Origin: a virus
Virus record (IMG/VR): IMGVR_UViG_3300023243_000009
Span: 32,001-96,000 of that record
Length of the DNA: 64,000 bases
Direction: 5' to 3' (one strand)
Shown here: positions 1 through 11,038 of the stretch, piece by piece
How the letters are laid out: the number at the start of each line of letters is the position of its first letter
Position numbering within the stretch: the stretch's first letter is position 1
The notes under the pieces: generated by a model
The model's input: only the letters and a program-made list of their open reading frames with translations
Databases searched by the model: none
What the model was told of the DNA's origin: nothing
Position numbers and translations under genes: made by a program

Positions 1-1
1 A

Positions 2-817
2 TGATCCTGTGAGATAAGGATACAAATTCCCTTGGCTTCCTGAAATTGTTGTTGGGTTAAGGGAATAATTAAATTCATTTTCTGTTAAAGTACATTTATA
101 TTGGGTCTCAAATAATTCATATGAACTTGAGAATGAACAAGTTACTTCACTAGATGAGATAAAGGAATTTATAAGTGTTTCATTTTGATAAATTCCTAAA
201 TTATATAATGCTTCGCCATATGTAACATCGGGTTTGTTAGATATTGTTATGATACCATGTTGGTATACAATATTACCTAATATATAATTGTAATTTGAAC
301 TACCATTGGGGGCCCAAAGTAATCTACCCTCACCATCGTCTTTAATAGAACCAGAAGTATTATGTTTTAATAAAAAGGATTGAGGTTGGATATAATCCCC
401 ATAAAGTTTAGAGGGTATTGAAATAATACCTATTGAATGTGTTGGTAATACCTTATTAGACCAAACAGTGTTTTGCTCGTAATTATAGTAGTTTGTTTGT
501 TGGATTGGGCCTGTAATAGTACCATCAGTATTAAAACTGGCAGTTACCGCATCTTGGATAAACCCCCTACTACCAGAAATATAGTTTCCGTAGTAGAGGT
601 GTTTTACAGAATTATACAATAAAACTTCATACTGCTCAGACCCAGATATTTTCCCAGTTATTGTTTTGGTTGATAAAAAATTACCATTTTGACCAATAAA
701 TCTGTCAATACCAACATCTGAGCCTGTTAAATTATCTCCAGAAAATGAAAATCCTTTATTAACTTCAAATGGAGTTATAATTATGTCCTGTGAATTGAAT
801 TGTTTGTAAGCGCCCAT
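2..817 (-). CDS. Virion structural protein, paralog of the 823-1896 protein (partial, runs off the window edge)
   Basis: Hand-translated from ATG at 817 (MGAYKQFNSQDIIITPFEV...), open to the edge; shares the EFNYS.NP..ISGS.G motif with the next ORF. Missing from the ORF track, probably because its stop is outside the window. Confidence 0.7.
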   Translation of the reverse strand, partial: MGAYKQFNSQDIIITPFEVNKGFSFSGDNLTGSDVGIDRFIGQNGNFLSTKTITGKISGSEQYEVLLYNSVKHLYYGNYISGSRGFIQDAVTASFNTDGTITGPIQQTNYYNYEQNTVWSNKVLPTHSIGIISIPSKLYGDYIQPQSFLLKHNTSGSIKDDGEGRLLWAPNGSSNYNYILGNIVYQHGIITISNKPDVTYGEALYNLGIYQNETLINSFISSSEVTCSFSSSYELFETQYKCTLTENEFNYSLNPTTISGSQGNLYPYLTGS

Positions 818-822
818 TCATT

Positions 823-1896
823 TTAGAAATCTAATTTAACTCTTATAAGTGCTTCTTTTGTAAAATCCTTAGTAAGAGGTTTGGATAATTTAGCTACAGC
901 TAATAATTCATTTGAATCGTTATACATCCCAACAGTAGTAGGGAACGTTTGAGGGTTATCTATAAAATAATCATAAATAATTTCTCCAGTTGAACCCGAT
1001 ATAAAAGATGGATTTTCTGAATAGTTAAATTCTGAGTTTCTTGTTCTTACAAATATAAAGTCTGAAGTGATTGTTTCTTGAGAATTTAATTGAAATATGC
1101 TACCACTAGCATCCCCAACTGACCCTGAAATGTGTAGAAAAAGTTTAGAAGGATTATCAGCTGCGGTATTTGAACCTGTATTAGTTAACAAGTTAATCCC
1201 ACACCCATTATCAGTACCAGATAATCCTGGAGGTGAATTATCGTCTAAAGCTGAGGCATTTAATAGAATTGTTGAGATATCGGGGAGGAATAAACCGTAG
1301 GACCCACTATGTGAGTACCCATTTCCTTTATAAGGAAGTCCATCTGATCCACTAATAATTTGATATGCTCTTTGAGTACCATAATATGTGGGTAAATTTA
1401 CATATCTTGAATCATCAGTTAAATGTAAAGGTGATGTTAAATTACTATTACTACTTGATAGTACTAAATTTAAAGAACCAGGAAATAATTTTTCTTTATA
1501 TCTTGCTCTTTCTATACTTATAACATAAAAATCATTGTTTGGGGCTCCAGTAAATGTAGGACCAAATGTAAAATCGGAGTTTTCGTCTTCTAATACTAAG
1601 GTACGATATTGACCATAGATTGTTGTGGTTGGAGAAACATTTGTAACTGAGGTGTCAAAATTTAAACCACCACCCCCTAAAGAATTGGCATAAGCTATGG
1701 AAAATTGAACCGCGGATGATTCTTCAGTTGAAGAAGTTTGATAAACATTCAAATAATAGGGTCCAGAGGATCCTTCTTTTTGTACAGATGAAGTATGATA
1801 AGTGTCTAGTGATACTGAGTTGTTAGACCATACTGTAGAGGTAATGGTATTGGCACTTATTACAAAATCCTCAGGGTCAAATCTTTTAAAGCTCAT
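823..1896 (-). CDS. Virion structural (baseplate/tail-collar associated) protein
   Basis: C-terminal TTVGMYNDSNELLAVAKLSKP resembles the DUF3751 tail-collar-fibre motif; baseplate operon context. Confidence 0.65.
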   Translation of the reverse strand: MSFKRFDPEDFVISANTITSTVWSNNSVSLDTYHTSSVQKEGSSGPYYLNVYQTSSTEESSAVQFSIAYANSLGGGGLNFDTSVTNVSPTTTIYGQYRTLVLEDENSDFTFGPTFTGAPNNDFYVISIERARYKEKLFPGSLNLVLSSSNSNLTSPLHLTDDSRYVNLPTYYGTQRAYQIISGSDGLPYKGNGYSHSGSYGLFLPDISTILLNASALDDNSPPGLSGTDNGCGINLLTNTGSNTAADNPSKLFLHISGSVGDASGSIFQLNSQETITSDFIFVRTRNSEFNYSENPSFISGSTGEIIYDYFIDNPQTFPTTVGMYNDSNELLAVAKLSKPLTKDFTKEALIRVKLDF

Positions 1897-1897
1897 A

Positions 1898-2575
1898 TTA
1901 TGTTAATTGATTTTGTGTTATTATTACGGGGATTGTTACTCTTGCTCCACTATCTAAACCAATTACGGTTAATGTAGTTTTTAATTGGTTTTTATCTGGG
2001 TTAGAACTAAACAAGGTATTAATAGTTGTAGCTGTTATATTAAATTGGGTTCCAATTATAGTTTTAGATACATTTGTACCTAAAGTAGTAGTAGAAGTTT
2101 GGTTTTGAGTAGTTGCTGCTGTTGTATTAATACCTACACCATTATATTGAGATAATAATCTTATATCTCCTATAGTAGCGGCATAACCTCTAGTTTCAAA
2201 TGCTTGAGTATTACCTAAATAATTTAAGGTTTGAGGGGTTATAGATAATTGAGCACCTTGTTTTAAATTAATGGTAGCATACCCTAAATTAAGTACAGGT
2301 AATTTAGCTGTACCCCTAGGTAAAGTAACTAATTTATATTTCATGATTTGTTGCTCATCAGGAAATGCTTCTAGAAGAGGCATATTATCAATTGCTTCTC
2401 CATAGTAGGCAGAACCTGAAGGGTGAGTTGGATTATAAAGAGTATAATCTATCTCATCATCCGATAGTGCGAATTGTGTGATTCTAAAAGAACCATCATT
2501 TTTTGCTAGTAATTCTCTACCTTTTTTGGTAAGTATAGCGTCTACTGTTAGCACGCTGTTATTTAAATATCCCAT
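1898..2575 (-). CDS. Virion structural protein (baseplate region)
   Basis: N-terminal ILTKKGRELLA...ITQFALSDDEIDY motif typical of large-phage baseplate-associated proteins; context. Confidence 0.6.
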   Translation of the reverse strand: MGYLNNSVLTVDAILTKKGRELLAKNDGSFRITQFALSDDEIDYTLYNPTHPSGSAYYGEAIDNMPLLEAFPDEQQIMKYKLVTLPRGTAKLPVLNLGYATINLKQGAQLSITPQTLNYLGNTQAFETRGYAATIGDIRLLSQYNGVGINTTAATTQNQTSTTTLGTNVSKTIIGTQFNITATTINTLFSSNPDKNQLKTTLTVIGLDSGARVTIPVIITQNQLT

Positions 2576-2605
2576 TTTGTTATATAATTATATGTTATAA
2601 ATATG

Positions 2606-5600
2606 TTATTTTATTACTCCTTTATCAATTAAATCCGTTACTATTGAAGATCCACTATTTTTAATATAATCCGTTGGAAAAGTTGGATAAATTATACCAT
2701 TAGCTTCAGACCCAGATGATTCTGCTGAATATGGGAATTGGGTATCTAAGATGAAACTGCTAGCTTTTGGAGTAAATCTTCGTATTAAAAAGAAATCTTT
2801 ATTTATACTTTCAGGTACTTCACTATCTAGTACTATTTTTATTTTACCTATTCCATCCACTATATTATTTTCAGGTGGTACTACTGATTTGATAATGTAA
2901 GTATAATTTTCGTTATTTCCAAATCGTATTTCATCTCCTGGGAAAAATTCTATAGGTGATGTAATTTTTGGGAATTGTGTTCCAGATGGTTCTACTCCAC
3001 TATCAAAATATTCACTAGGGCCGGGGACATATTTAAGTGGGCCCTGGTAGAATTTGCCACCATATGCTTCATTTATATTTGAAGAAGACATTATTAGTAT
3101 ATTTTTATCTGTAGAGTTTGGATATACCCAAAATGGAGAAGTTCCTTTATTGTCTCCTGCTAATAAAGATGTTCTTTCTCCAATTGTAGAAAGTTTAGAT
3201 GGAAATTTAAGACCTTCATAATCCGCGGGATATAATATATTGGGTCCAAATTTCTCTTTTTTAGGTTTTTGTATTTCTATTTTTACTTTAAAGTGTATAG
3301 AATCATTAGTTTTAAATAAAAATTCACCACTATTTGCTTTTATAACAAATTCTAAACCATTAATATCCCCTTTGAAAAAAGCACCACCTTTACCTTGAGT
3401 ATATACTCCTTTTTGTGTTAAAAATGAATTTAGAGGTACATTTTCAATTAATGCATAGTAACTTCCTCTTTGGGGGTTGTAAGCATTTATTGTGTCTGTT
3501 TTATATAAATTTCTTTTGCGTGTAAATGTGGTAGAGATTGGGCTAACAAATCTTATTAAATTATTAATTCCTGAACCTATTATGCTACCAGCATTAAATG
3601 GTTCTTTACCTGTTCTATGTACTATTAAACTTATATCTTCTAAATTAAATTCTACAGGAGTACTACCACTTACCATTTGAACATCAAAGGCTAATTCAAC
3701 TCCACCTGATTCATTTAAGAAACTAGTAGCAAATGAAGTTTGCATTGAAATACGTTGTGGGTTTTTATCAACACTTTCGCTGCCGTTGTCTCCAAATATT
3801 ATACTACCATTTACTGTAGTATAAGGATCTATATAGTTTGAACCAGCATTAAAAGGATCAATAACAACTTCTTCCGTAGGGTTTATTATTTGTGTATAAT
3901 TTGATGTTTTGCTGGTATATATTATGTTATTATTATCATAAGAGGATGTACCTTGAGCCGTGAAAGAATAATCTACGATTGTATTTATATCATTGTTATC
4001 ATACATACTAATACGTCCTGACCCTGTTAATGGGATTTCAAGAGCATAACCTGCACTTGAAGTTTGAGAATATAATATAGGGGTGGGTTTTGAAGCTAAT
4101 TTATAAATAGGATAACTATCATCTAGTTCCTGAGCATATTGGCTTGAAGATATAAAACCGATTGATATAGGGTTAGATATAGGGAATGTTTTTTCTAATA
4201 TATTGACACCATATCCCTCTAAACTTGGAGGTACGGCGTTGCTTTGTTGGTCTAATAAGTATGTTAATTCTAAAGATATTTTATCGTTTACTAAAGGATA
4301 TAAATCTTTTATGTTTTTAAAATAACCAAAATAAGCATCTTTTAATTCAATTACAGGGTTTTTACCATAAGTATCTACATCTTTAATACTCCATATATTG
4401 TATTGATTCCCGGTTGTTTTAGTACCATTATACCTAGGTCTAATAGATCGGGTGCTAGTATAATTTGAATCTGGGGTTTGAGCCTTATCTGCTGTGTTGT
4501 TTAATATTTGATCAAAATTAACAGGTGAAATTGAACCACTGATGTTATTATAACTGACATCCATTATAAATGAGTTATCTCTAATATCATTATAGTTATT
4601 TAATGTTGGTTGACAATCTAAAGCTAAATTAAATGGTAAAATACCTTCACCAAAATATGAAGGAATTATAAATCCACTTGAAGTTGGGATTTTATAAATA
4701 TTATTTGTTGGTGGTGATGATAAAGGAGCATATATAGATGAACTAGGTGATATGCTCATAGTATAACTTGTAATAGCTAAACCGGAATTAAATGTTGGTT
4801 TTATGACTTCTACAGCCATTCTAAATACATCATCATATTCAAAGGGGAATTCAAATGAACCTGTTAAAGTCACGTTCCCAGAAGATGATGAGTTTGGTAC
4901 TATAAATTGTTGGGATAATATTACATCCCCCATTTGGGTTGGGTTATCATAATTTCCTTTTTCTATTAATAATGAACCAGTTAAATTGTAAGCCCCGTCC
5001 TCTGAAGATGTTAATGCTTGTGTGATTAAAATTTTAGATTCTAAATCACCTGTTTCTAAAAAAGCAACATTAAAAGATTCATTATTTGTATCAGAATTGT
5101 AATCATAGTTACTCATTGAATATTCAATAAAGTACATATCATCTATACTATTTATATCAACTATATTAATAGTTGGAGAGTCAGGAAATATAAACTCTTT
5201 ACCTCCAAAAATAGGTTCTAAAATTGGGGTATCAGATGATGCGATAGTACTTACTGTACCAGTAGAATTAATCTTTTTTAAATGAGCCTGGATTTTGATT
5301 TCTGGGTGTCTACCCCCAGGTGATGAGAAGGAAGAGGTGAATCGTTGTGGATTAGATGGTGTTCCTTGGAAAGTAGTAGAATTAAAGGTATTTGGGATTG
5401 ATAAATATGAATTATTACCACTAAACCTTGCGTAAACTGACCCGTTAAAGGTAGATATGCGGTATTCAAAACTAGGTTCGGGGGATTTTAGTACTATTCT
5501 AAAAGCCATATGATTATAAGTAATACCAGAAAAAGTAGGTGGTTCTGGGATTTCGCCATTACTAATAACTATTTGTTTATTAGCATTGGATTGATAAATT

Positions 5601-8600
5601 TGGGGTAGTGTATACCAATTCTGGGTATTATTTGTGCTTCCGTATGCACGAGTTTGGATAGAAGCAGTATAATTAGATATACTAGCAGATATATTAAGAT
5701 TATATTTTATATAAATGTCATTTAAACTATCATTGTCTCTTAAAAAATATTCTTCAACACCATCATAAGATACTTCAATAGCTCCATCTTGATATACACC
5801 TTGTTTATTATTGGGGGAAACGGAACTTGACCAATTTACAATCGTGTCTTCAGGAAAAGATGAGGTAAAATTAGCATTTGGAGTAGATGACATTGTAGTT
5901 AAATCACTCCCAGATAATGGAGTCCAACCCGGAATAGCGGGAGATAAAATTCTAGGGGTTCCACCAATTTTTAATCTTGGAAAATGGAAATCTATAGATG
6001 CTGTTCCTGCTATTTTAATTTTGGGGTGACCTCCAATTTGATTAACAGATGAACCAGAATCCCCAGGGATTTGATTATTGTACTCTGATTTGAAAAAAGT
6101 ATTACTTACATCTACAGTTAAGGGTGAGGGTTTAAATACACCACTTTCAACCCCAAAATTAGAAAATGTAAAATTTTGATCCGTTAATGTAGCTCCGGTA
6201 TATTTGGATGATGAGTGGTAAATATTATTTTCGGAAATTATAACCCCCCCAGTTCCTAGAGAGGATGCGCTATATGATATGGATGCAGAAAAAAACCAAG
6301 GAATATTTGAAGTTCTTTTTGGATTATATGAACCAAAATTAAACTTTGATATGTCTGAAGTTATATTATTTTGGGGTGTTAAATCAGATCCGGAGTTAAA
6401 GAAAGATTGGGAATCATTCCCTGGATTATCCCAACTCCAAAAATATTGTTTTTGATAGTTATCACTTCTAATAAAATTACCCTGTTGGAGATTGTCATTG
6501 CCTACACCTATAGAGTCAGAGGTTCTATAATCCCCACTGACATTTAAACTCCAATTTTCTGAACCGGCACTAGTTGATGAAGTTATAGGGTAAAATTCAG
6601 TTACAATATCAGTAGTTAGGTCGGTAGTAGATGTTTTTATGTTATCTCCTTGAGTTTGTGAAATTCTTAATAAAGTACTATTTGCAAATTCAGTTACACC
6701 CTCAATTACATATTCTGCTACATTATTGTTGCTTCTAACAACAGCATCGGGAGTGATCCATTTAATTGAATTAGAATTAATTAAAAAATCTCCAATAGAT
6801 TTATTATTAATATCTTTATTAGATAACTTTATATATTTTACTTTAGCAATAGGAGGAGAAATAGAAATTTGTTCGGAAATGATCCACGCATCCCCGGATT
6901 TTGGGGAATTTTTGTTAAGTAAAATTTCAGTTTCGGTAGTAGTACCTTGAAAATAAGTACCATCTCCACTTGTTAAACTAAAAACAATAGGATTAAAAGA
7001 AATGGAATTATCTGTTACTTTTAAGTAAGGACCACATCCAGGGTTTAGGATTTGATCTGTTACTATTAAACTAGACCCACTAAATTCCCCATTATATAAT
7101 TCTCTTTGATCATGTATTTCTATATTTCCATATCCTACAAATTCTCCACTATTATTAATAGTATTAGATATTGAACCCTCAATAGTTTCACTATAGCTTT
7201 GAGTTAAGTTAAATTGATTATTTAAACCATATGCAGAGGCTGAGGGTGAGGTTTGTAAACCATTATAACGTTCTAAAGATCCCCCAGTTCCACCTGTGAA
7301 TTTATATATCGAAGAACCACCATTAGCTTCATATTGACCCACATCACCGGAACCTGTACTATAGTTTCGGGATTGGGGTTTTATTGAGCCACTATAAGTT
7401 TCATTAGACCAAGATACTTGAGCAGGTCTTTGTTTATTTCTTTCTAAAATATGTTGTTTTACTACTACACCCGAGCTTAAACTTGTACGTGCGGGAGTGA
7501 AATCTTTAATCATCTTAAATAAAGAATTATCAAAGAATTTTATTAATCTAATGAAATCAACAACGTTATAACTGTTAATATATTTTTCAAAATAAGCGTT
7601 TCTTAATGTATCTAAAGCAGGATAACTACGTTCATTCGAAGATATATGTCTAGGGTCTCCAATATAATCACCTATGTTAAAATACCCGAGTTGTGCATTA
7701 ATGTCATCATTAATTTGATCTTGAGGTGAGAATGCTACCTCTAAATAATTTACATCAGGTGTGTAGCTTGAACTTACAAAAGATTCTTGTTGTACTGATT
7801 GGAATGGGGATAATACTTTAATATCTCCATTTGACCCCGATGGAGATTCTGCAATGTCGTTACCTATAAGAGCAATTTTATCTGTTACTCTACTTTTTAT
7901 ACCTGATGGAACTTGGTCTTGGTATGTGTTTTCTATATTAGATACCCATTCAGCATTATTAATATAGAATGAACTATTGCTAGAAAAAGATTGGGTAATT
8001 TGAGATAAAGATCCTGTTACTTTTGGATGTATAGATGTTCTACTTTCTGTATTCAATTCCGTTCCTAAATCTGCTCTAAAAAATAATTCATTAGGGGTAC
8101 TATTAGTTGTAGTACCTTCAATAGAATAGGGGTTTAATACAAAATCATGAAAAGTATTTTGTGGTATAGCAGCATTAAAATATCTTAACTCTTGGAATGA
8201 ACCAGAGAAGGGTTGATATACATTAGAACCCAGAATAACATTTGTATCTTTATTTAAGAAACCTACCGTAGATTGTGAATAATGTGAAGAATCATATCCT
8301 GAAATATAATCTGACATATTAAATCCTACCCTACCATTAATTTCATTGGCTACATATAAAGTAGAGTTTGTGTTGGTATCCCCCATCGTAACTTGTACTG
8401 ACCACCAATCTTGGTTAAAGGCAGGGAAGTATATGCTAGAGGATATTGTAGGGTCGCTCGCATAAGCAGGTATCCATTTTAAAGTACCCCAAGTGTCATA
8501 TTGGTCAATAGATGAACCCGAATATGAACTACTAACTAAGCCTGAGCCTGTGTATTCTAATATTAGATTTCCCCCATCATCTGTTGACCATAACGATTGT

Positions 8601-10582
8601 GAATATCTAATATCGGTACTAGCTACGTTATTAATAGCTGGAGGGATACCTGGGGTTTTGAATCTAAGTTGAATAGTTTGTGGGGTTCCACCTCCGAAAT
8701 TGACATTTGAAAGTAAGGAAGATGATAAAAAGTTGTCTGATGTTTCTCCTGTATTAAATGCGTAGTTAAATACATTTTGTTTTAGATCCCAGTCTTGAGA
8801 CTCATTTCTATCTTTACCCCCAAATTCGTTTACTCTTAAAATAGTATCAGGAATACCATATGAAGTAATTAATGCTCTTAAACCAGCTACTGTACCTTTA
8901 GTTTTAAGTAAATATGGTAAATTATGATAAATACGTTTATAAATGCGTTTGTTTACATCACTTAATGGCACTATATCATTTGAAGCAGAAATTTGAGTAT
9001 CAACGTATTCATACCCAGAAGGAGTAGGTAAACTACTTGTAATTTCAGGGAAGGGAAATAAACTACCTGAAGGAGTTATTCCTAAAAATGCGGAGTATAA
9101 ATCATCATTATTAAAGTTATTAGAATATAGTTTAACTCCAAAATCTTTAATGGCATCAGCTATTAAATCTTTAGATATACCATAATCTAAACGGTTATCA
9201 GCATTAAATTTATTTGTAATGTCTTTAGTATACAACCAAATATTATCATAATGTTGAGCCACCATATCAATAAAAAGTTCATACTTTATATTTTCAGAAT
9301 CTTCTTTTAAATACTCAGGAATGGAATTATATAGTCTATCTGGGTTTTCTTCATCAAATAAAGAAGCGGATAGAGCTAACCCACCATAATTGACATTACT
9401 TTCATCTGCACTACCTAACCAAGTTAAAACTTCTAGGTTTTCTGTTGGATATAAAATAAAGGGAGGGGTAGAGTTAGATTTTGGGTAGGAATAACTTGAA
9501 CCACTATTAAAATACATAAAATATTCAAAACCATCAAAGTTCTGGATTAGTGTGTCTATGTTTGAATTTAATAGACCAACACTTGAAATATAAGATACAG
9601 AAGAAGTTGTAGCACTTGTTATATTTGAAGATATAGTATTTAATTGGTTACTATAATTTTCAATTAGTCCTACTTTATAATAGAAATTTTCTAATCTAGT
9701 TAATACTGATGAGAAATGAGTGAAATCATTGAAATCTTCATAATTAACGTTTATGTTAATTTCCTTAGTATTTAGTAAATTTTTAATTTGGTTAACTGAA
9801 CTAGTTACGTTTGAGTTTAATAATTCACTATATGAAAAAAGTTGACTAGAGTTCCCAGTTTCTTGTTTTACGTTTAAATTGAAATTAGGACCTGCTATAA
9901 ATTCAAAATCATCTTCAATAGTAGGAGTAAAGGGGAAATCAACTTGATATGCCTGGGGTGTAGATAATATTTCAACAACCCATAATTGTGATTTTAAATC
10001 AAATTCCTCAGGTAAGGGTTCGTATAATTTTATTAGAACCGTAGGGTCTTCAGTATTATTATTATCTAAGGATATATTATTAGCTATTACAATTTTATTA
10101 TCTCCAAAATTAAGATAAAAATCAGCAAAATAGGGAGTATTATCTCTATACCCTATAAATTCATTAGTAGAAGATACAATAGAAGTATTAGTAATAGTAT
10201 TACTATCTAACCTAATTTCAGTTCTATCAGAGGAAACTTCAGATATAAAATATGTTTCATTTATGTTAGAACTTAATCTTTTTCTATAAAAATTATAAAC
10301 GATAGAATAAATACCTATATCATATCCTAAATTTTCAAGATCTAATTGAGGGTTTAATAATACATCTCCTTGTTTAACATTAAAAGATGTTAAAGGGATA
10401 GTACTTGAAGGGTATATTTTAGTTTGATTTTCATCATATATATAAAACTCTATATAATCCGTTGATGATGAAAATTCTGTGTCTAAATCAGACACGGCTA
10501 TTAACTCGACATCAGAAGTTTTATAATCTTGAACTTCAAATGTAGTTGGGTCTAATTGTAATATTGTAATTTCCTCGTTCAT
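2606..10582 (-). CDS. Very large (2658 aa) virion/baseplate protein
   Basis: Uninterrupted ORF, Ser/Thr/Asn-rich, inside the baseplate module. Confidence 0.65.
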   Translation of the reverse strand: MNEEITILQLDPTTFEVQDYKTSDVELIAVSDLDTEFSSSTDYIEFYIYDENQTKIYPSSTIPLTSFNVKQGDVLLNPQLDLENLGYDIGIYSIVYNFYRKRLSSNINETYFISEVSSDRTEIRLDSNTITNTSIVSSTNEFIGYRDNTPYFADFYLNFGDNKIVIANNISLDNNNTEDPTVLIKLYEPLPEEFDLKSQLWVVEILSTPQAYQVDFPFTPTIEDDFEFIAGPNFNLNVKQETGNSSQLFSYSELLNSNVTSSVNQIKNLLNTKEININVNYEDFNDFTHFSSVLTRLENFYYKVGLIENYSNQLNTISSNITSATTSSVSYISSVGLLNSNIDTLIQNFDGFEYFMYFNSGSSYSYPKSNSTPPFILYPTENLEVLTWLGSADESNVNYGGLALSASLFDEENPDRLYNSIPEYLKEDSENIKYELFIDMVAQHYDNIWLYTKDITNKFNADNRLDYGISKDLIADAIKDFGVKLYSNNFNNDDLYSAFLGITPSGSLFPFPEITSSLPTPSGYEYVDTQISASNDIVPLSDVNKRIYKRIYHNLPYLLKTKGTVAGLRALITSYGIPDTILRVNEFGGKDRNESQDWDLKQNVFNYAFNTGETSDNFLSSSLLSNVNFGGGTPQTIQLRFKTPGIPPAINNVASTDIRYSQSLWSTDDGGNLILEYTGSGLVSSSYSGSSIDQYDTWGTLKWIPAYASDPTISSSIYFPAFNQDWWSVQVTMGDTNTNSTLYVANEINGRVGFNMSDYISGYDSSHYSQSTVGFLNKDTNVILGSNVYQPFSGSFQELRYFNAAIPQNTFHDFVLNPYSIEGTTTNSTPNELFFRADLGTELNTESRTSIHPKVTGSLSQITQSFSSNSSFYINNAEWVSNIENTYQDQVPSGIKSRVTDKIALIGNDIAESPSGSNGDIKVLSPFQSVQQESFVSSSYTPDVNYLEVAFSPQDQINDDINAQLGYFNIGDYIGDPRHISSNERSYPALDTLRNAYFEKYINSYNVVDFIRLIKFFDNSLFKMIKDFTPARTSLSSGVVVKQHILERNKQRPAQVSWSNETYSGSIKPQSRNYSTGSGDVGQYEANGGSSIYKFTGGTGGSLERYNGLQTSPSASAYGLNNQFNLTQSYSETIEGSISNTINNSGEFVGYGNIEIHDQRELYNGEFSGSSLIVTDQILNPGCGPYLKVTDNSISFNPIVFSLTSGDGTYFQGTTTETEILLNKNSPKSGDAWIISEQISISPPIAKVKYIKLSNKDINNKSIGDFLINSNSIKWITPDAVVRSNNNVAEYVIEGVTEFANSTLLRISQTQGDNIKTSTTDLTTDIVTEFYPITSSTSAGSENWSLNVSGDYRTSDSIGVGNDNLQQGNFIRSDNYQKQYFWSWDNPGNDSQSFFNSGSDLTPQNNITSDISKFNFGSYNPKRTSNIPWFFSASISYSASSLGTGGVIISENNIYHSSSKYTGATLTDQNFTFSNFGVESGVFKPSPLTVDVSNTFFKSEYNNQIPGDSGSSVNQIGGHPKIKIAGTASIDFHFPRLKIGGTPRILSPAIPGWTPLSGSDLTTMSSTPNANFTSSFPEDTIVNWSSSVSPNNKQGVYQDGAIEVSYDGVEEYFLRDNDSLNDIYIKYNLNISASISNYTASIQTRAYGSTNNTQNWYTLPQIYQSNANKQIVISNGEIPEPPTFSGITYNHMAFRIVLKSPEPSFEYRISTFNGSVYARFSGNNSYLSIPNTFNSTTFQGTPSNPQRFTSSFSSPGGRHPEIKIQAHLKKINSTGTVSTIASSDTPILEPIFGGKEFIFPDSPTINIVDINSIDDMYFIEYSMSNYDYNSDTNNESFNVAFLETGDLESKILITQALTSSEDGAYNLTGSLLIEKGNYDNPTQMGDVILSQQFIVPNSSSSGNVTLTGSFEFPFEYDDVFRMAVEVIKPTFNSGLAITSYTMSISPSSSIYAPLSSPPTNNIYKIPTSSGFIIPSYFGEGILPFNLALDCQPTLNNYNDIRDNSFIMDVSYNNISGSISPVNFDQILNNTADKAQTPDSNYTSTRSIRPRYNGTKTTGNQYNIWSIKDVDTYGKNPVIELKDAYFGYFKNIKDLYPLVNDKISLELTYLLDQQSNAVPPSLEGYGVNILEKTFPISNPISIGFISSSQYAQELDDSYPIYKLASKPTPILYSQTSSAGYALEIPLTGSGRISMYDNNDINTIVDYSFTAQGTSSYDNNNIIYTSKTSNYTQIINPTEEVVIDPFNAGSNYIDPYTTVNGSIIFGDNGSESVDKNPQRISMQTSFATSFLNESGGVELAFDVQMVSGSTPVEFNLEDISLIVHRTGKEPFNAGSIIGSGINNLIRFVSPISTTFTRKRNLYKTDTINAYNPQRGSYYALIENVPLNSFLTQKGVYTQGKGGAFFKGDINGLEFVIKANSGEFLFKTNDSIHFKVKIEIQKPKKEKFGPNILYPADYEGLKFPSKLSTIGERTSLLAGDNKGTSPFWVYPNSTDKNILIMSSSNINEAYGGKFYQGPLKYVPGPSEYFDSGVEPSGTQFPKITSPIEFFPGDEIRFGNNENYTYIIKSVVPPENNIVDGIGKIKIVLDSEVPESINKDFFLIRRFTPKASSFILDTQFPYSAESSGSEANGIIYPTFPTDYIKNSGSSIVTDLIDKGVIK

Positions 10583-10601
10583 ATATTAAAATCTATTCTA
10601 T

Positions 10602-11036
10602 TTAAGAAGGAATGTTTGTTATTTGGTCTGTTATACTTTTTAATTCAGAATTTAATTTTTGAAATTCGTTAGTTTCTGAAGCTGATATGGTTTCGGAAAT
10701 TGAACCTGAGAGGGCCTGTATGTTTGCTTTTAATAAATCTTGGCGTAATAAAGTGATTTCGGCTTGTAATGCTTCTATTTCTTCATTGTTTTGATTGAAG
10801 TTAATATATTCCCCACTTTGTTCTACTAAGTATCTATGGGAATTGGTAGACCCTTCAGGTGAGATTTCATAGAATAATTCATTATATAAATTAAAAAATT
10901 CCGTAAGGGTAATTTGATTTTGAATATCTTCTTGGATAGTAGTTACCCCCAATTCTCTAAAGCTAGTGTTTATAGTTTTAGTGTATTGAGATTTACTAAA
11001 TACTTCTTTTTTTAAATCTATTTTAGATTCTACCAT
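10602..11036 (-). CDS. Hypothetical protein with C-terminal coiled coil
   Basis: ORF track; tightly packed in the structural operon. Confidence 0.6.
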   Translation of the reverse strand: MVESKIDLKKEVFSKSQYTKTINTSFRELGVTTIQEDIQNQITLTEFFNLYNELFYEISPEGSTNSHRYLVEQSGEYINFNQNNEEIEALQAEITLLRQDLLKANIQALSGSISETISASETNEFQKLNSELKSITDQITNIPS

Positions 11037-11038
11037 AA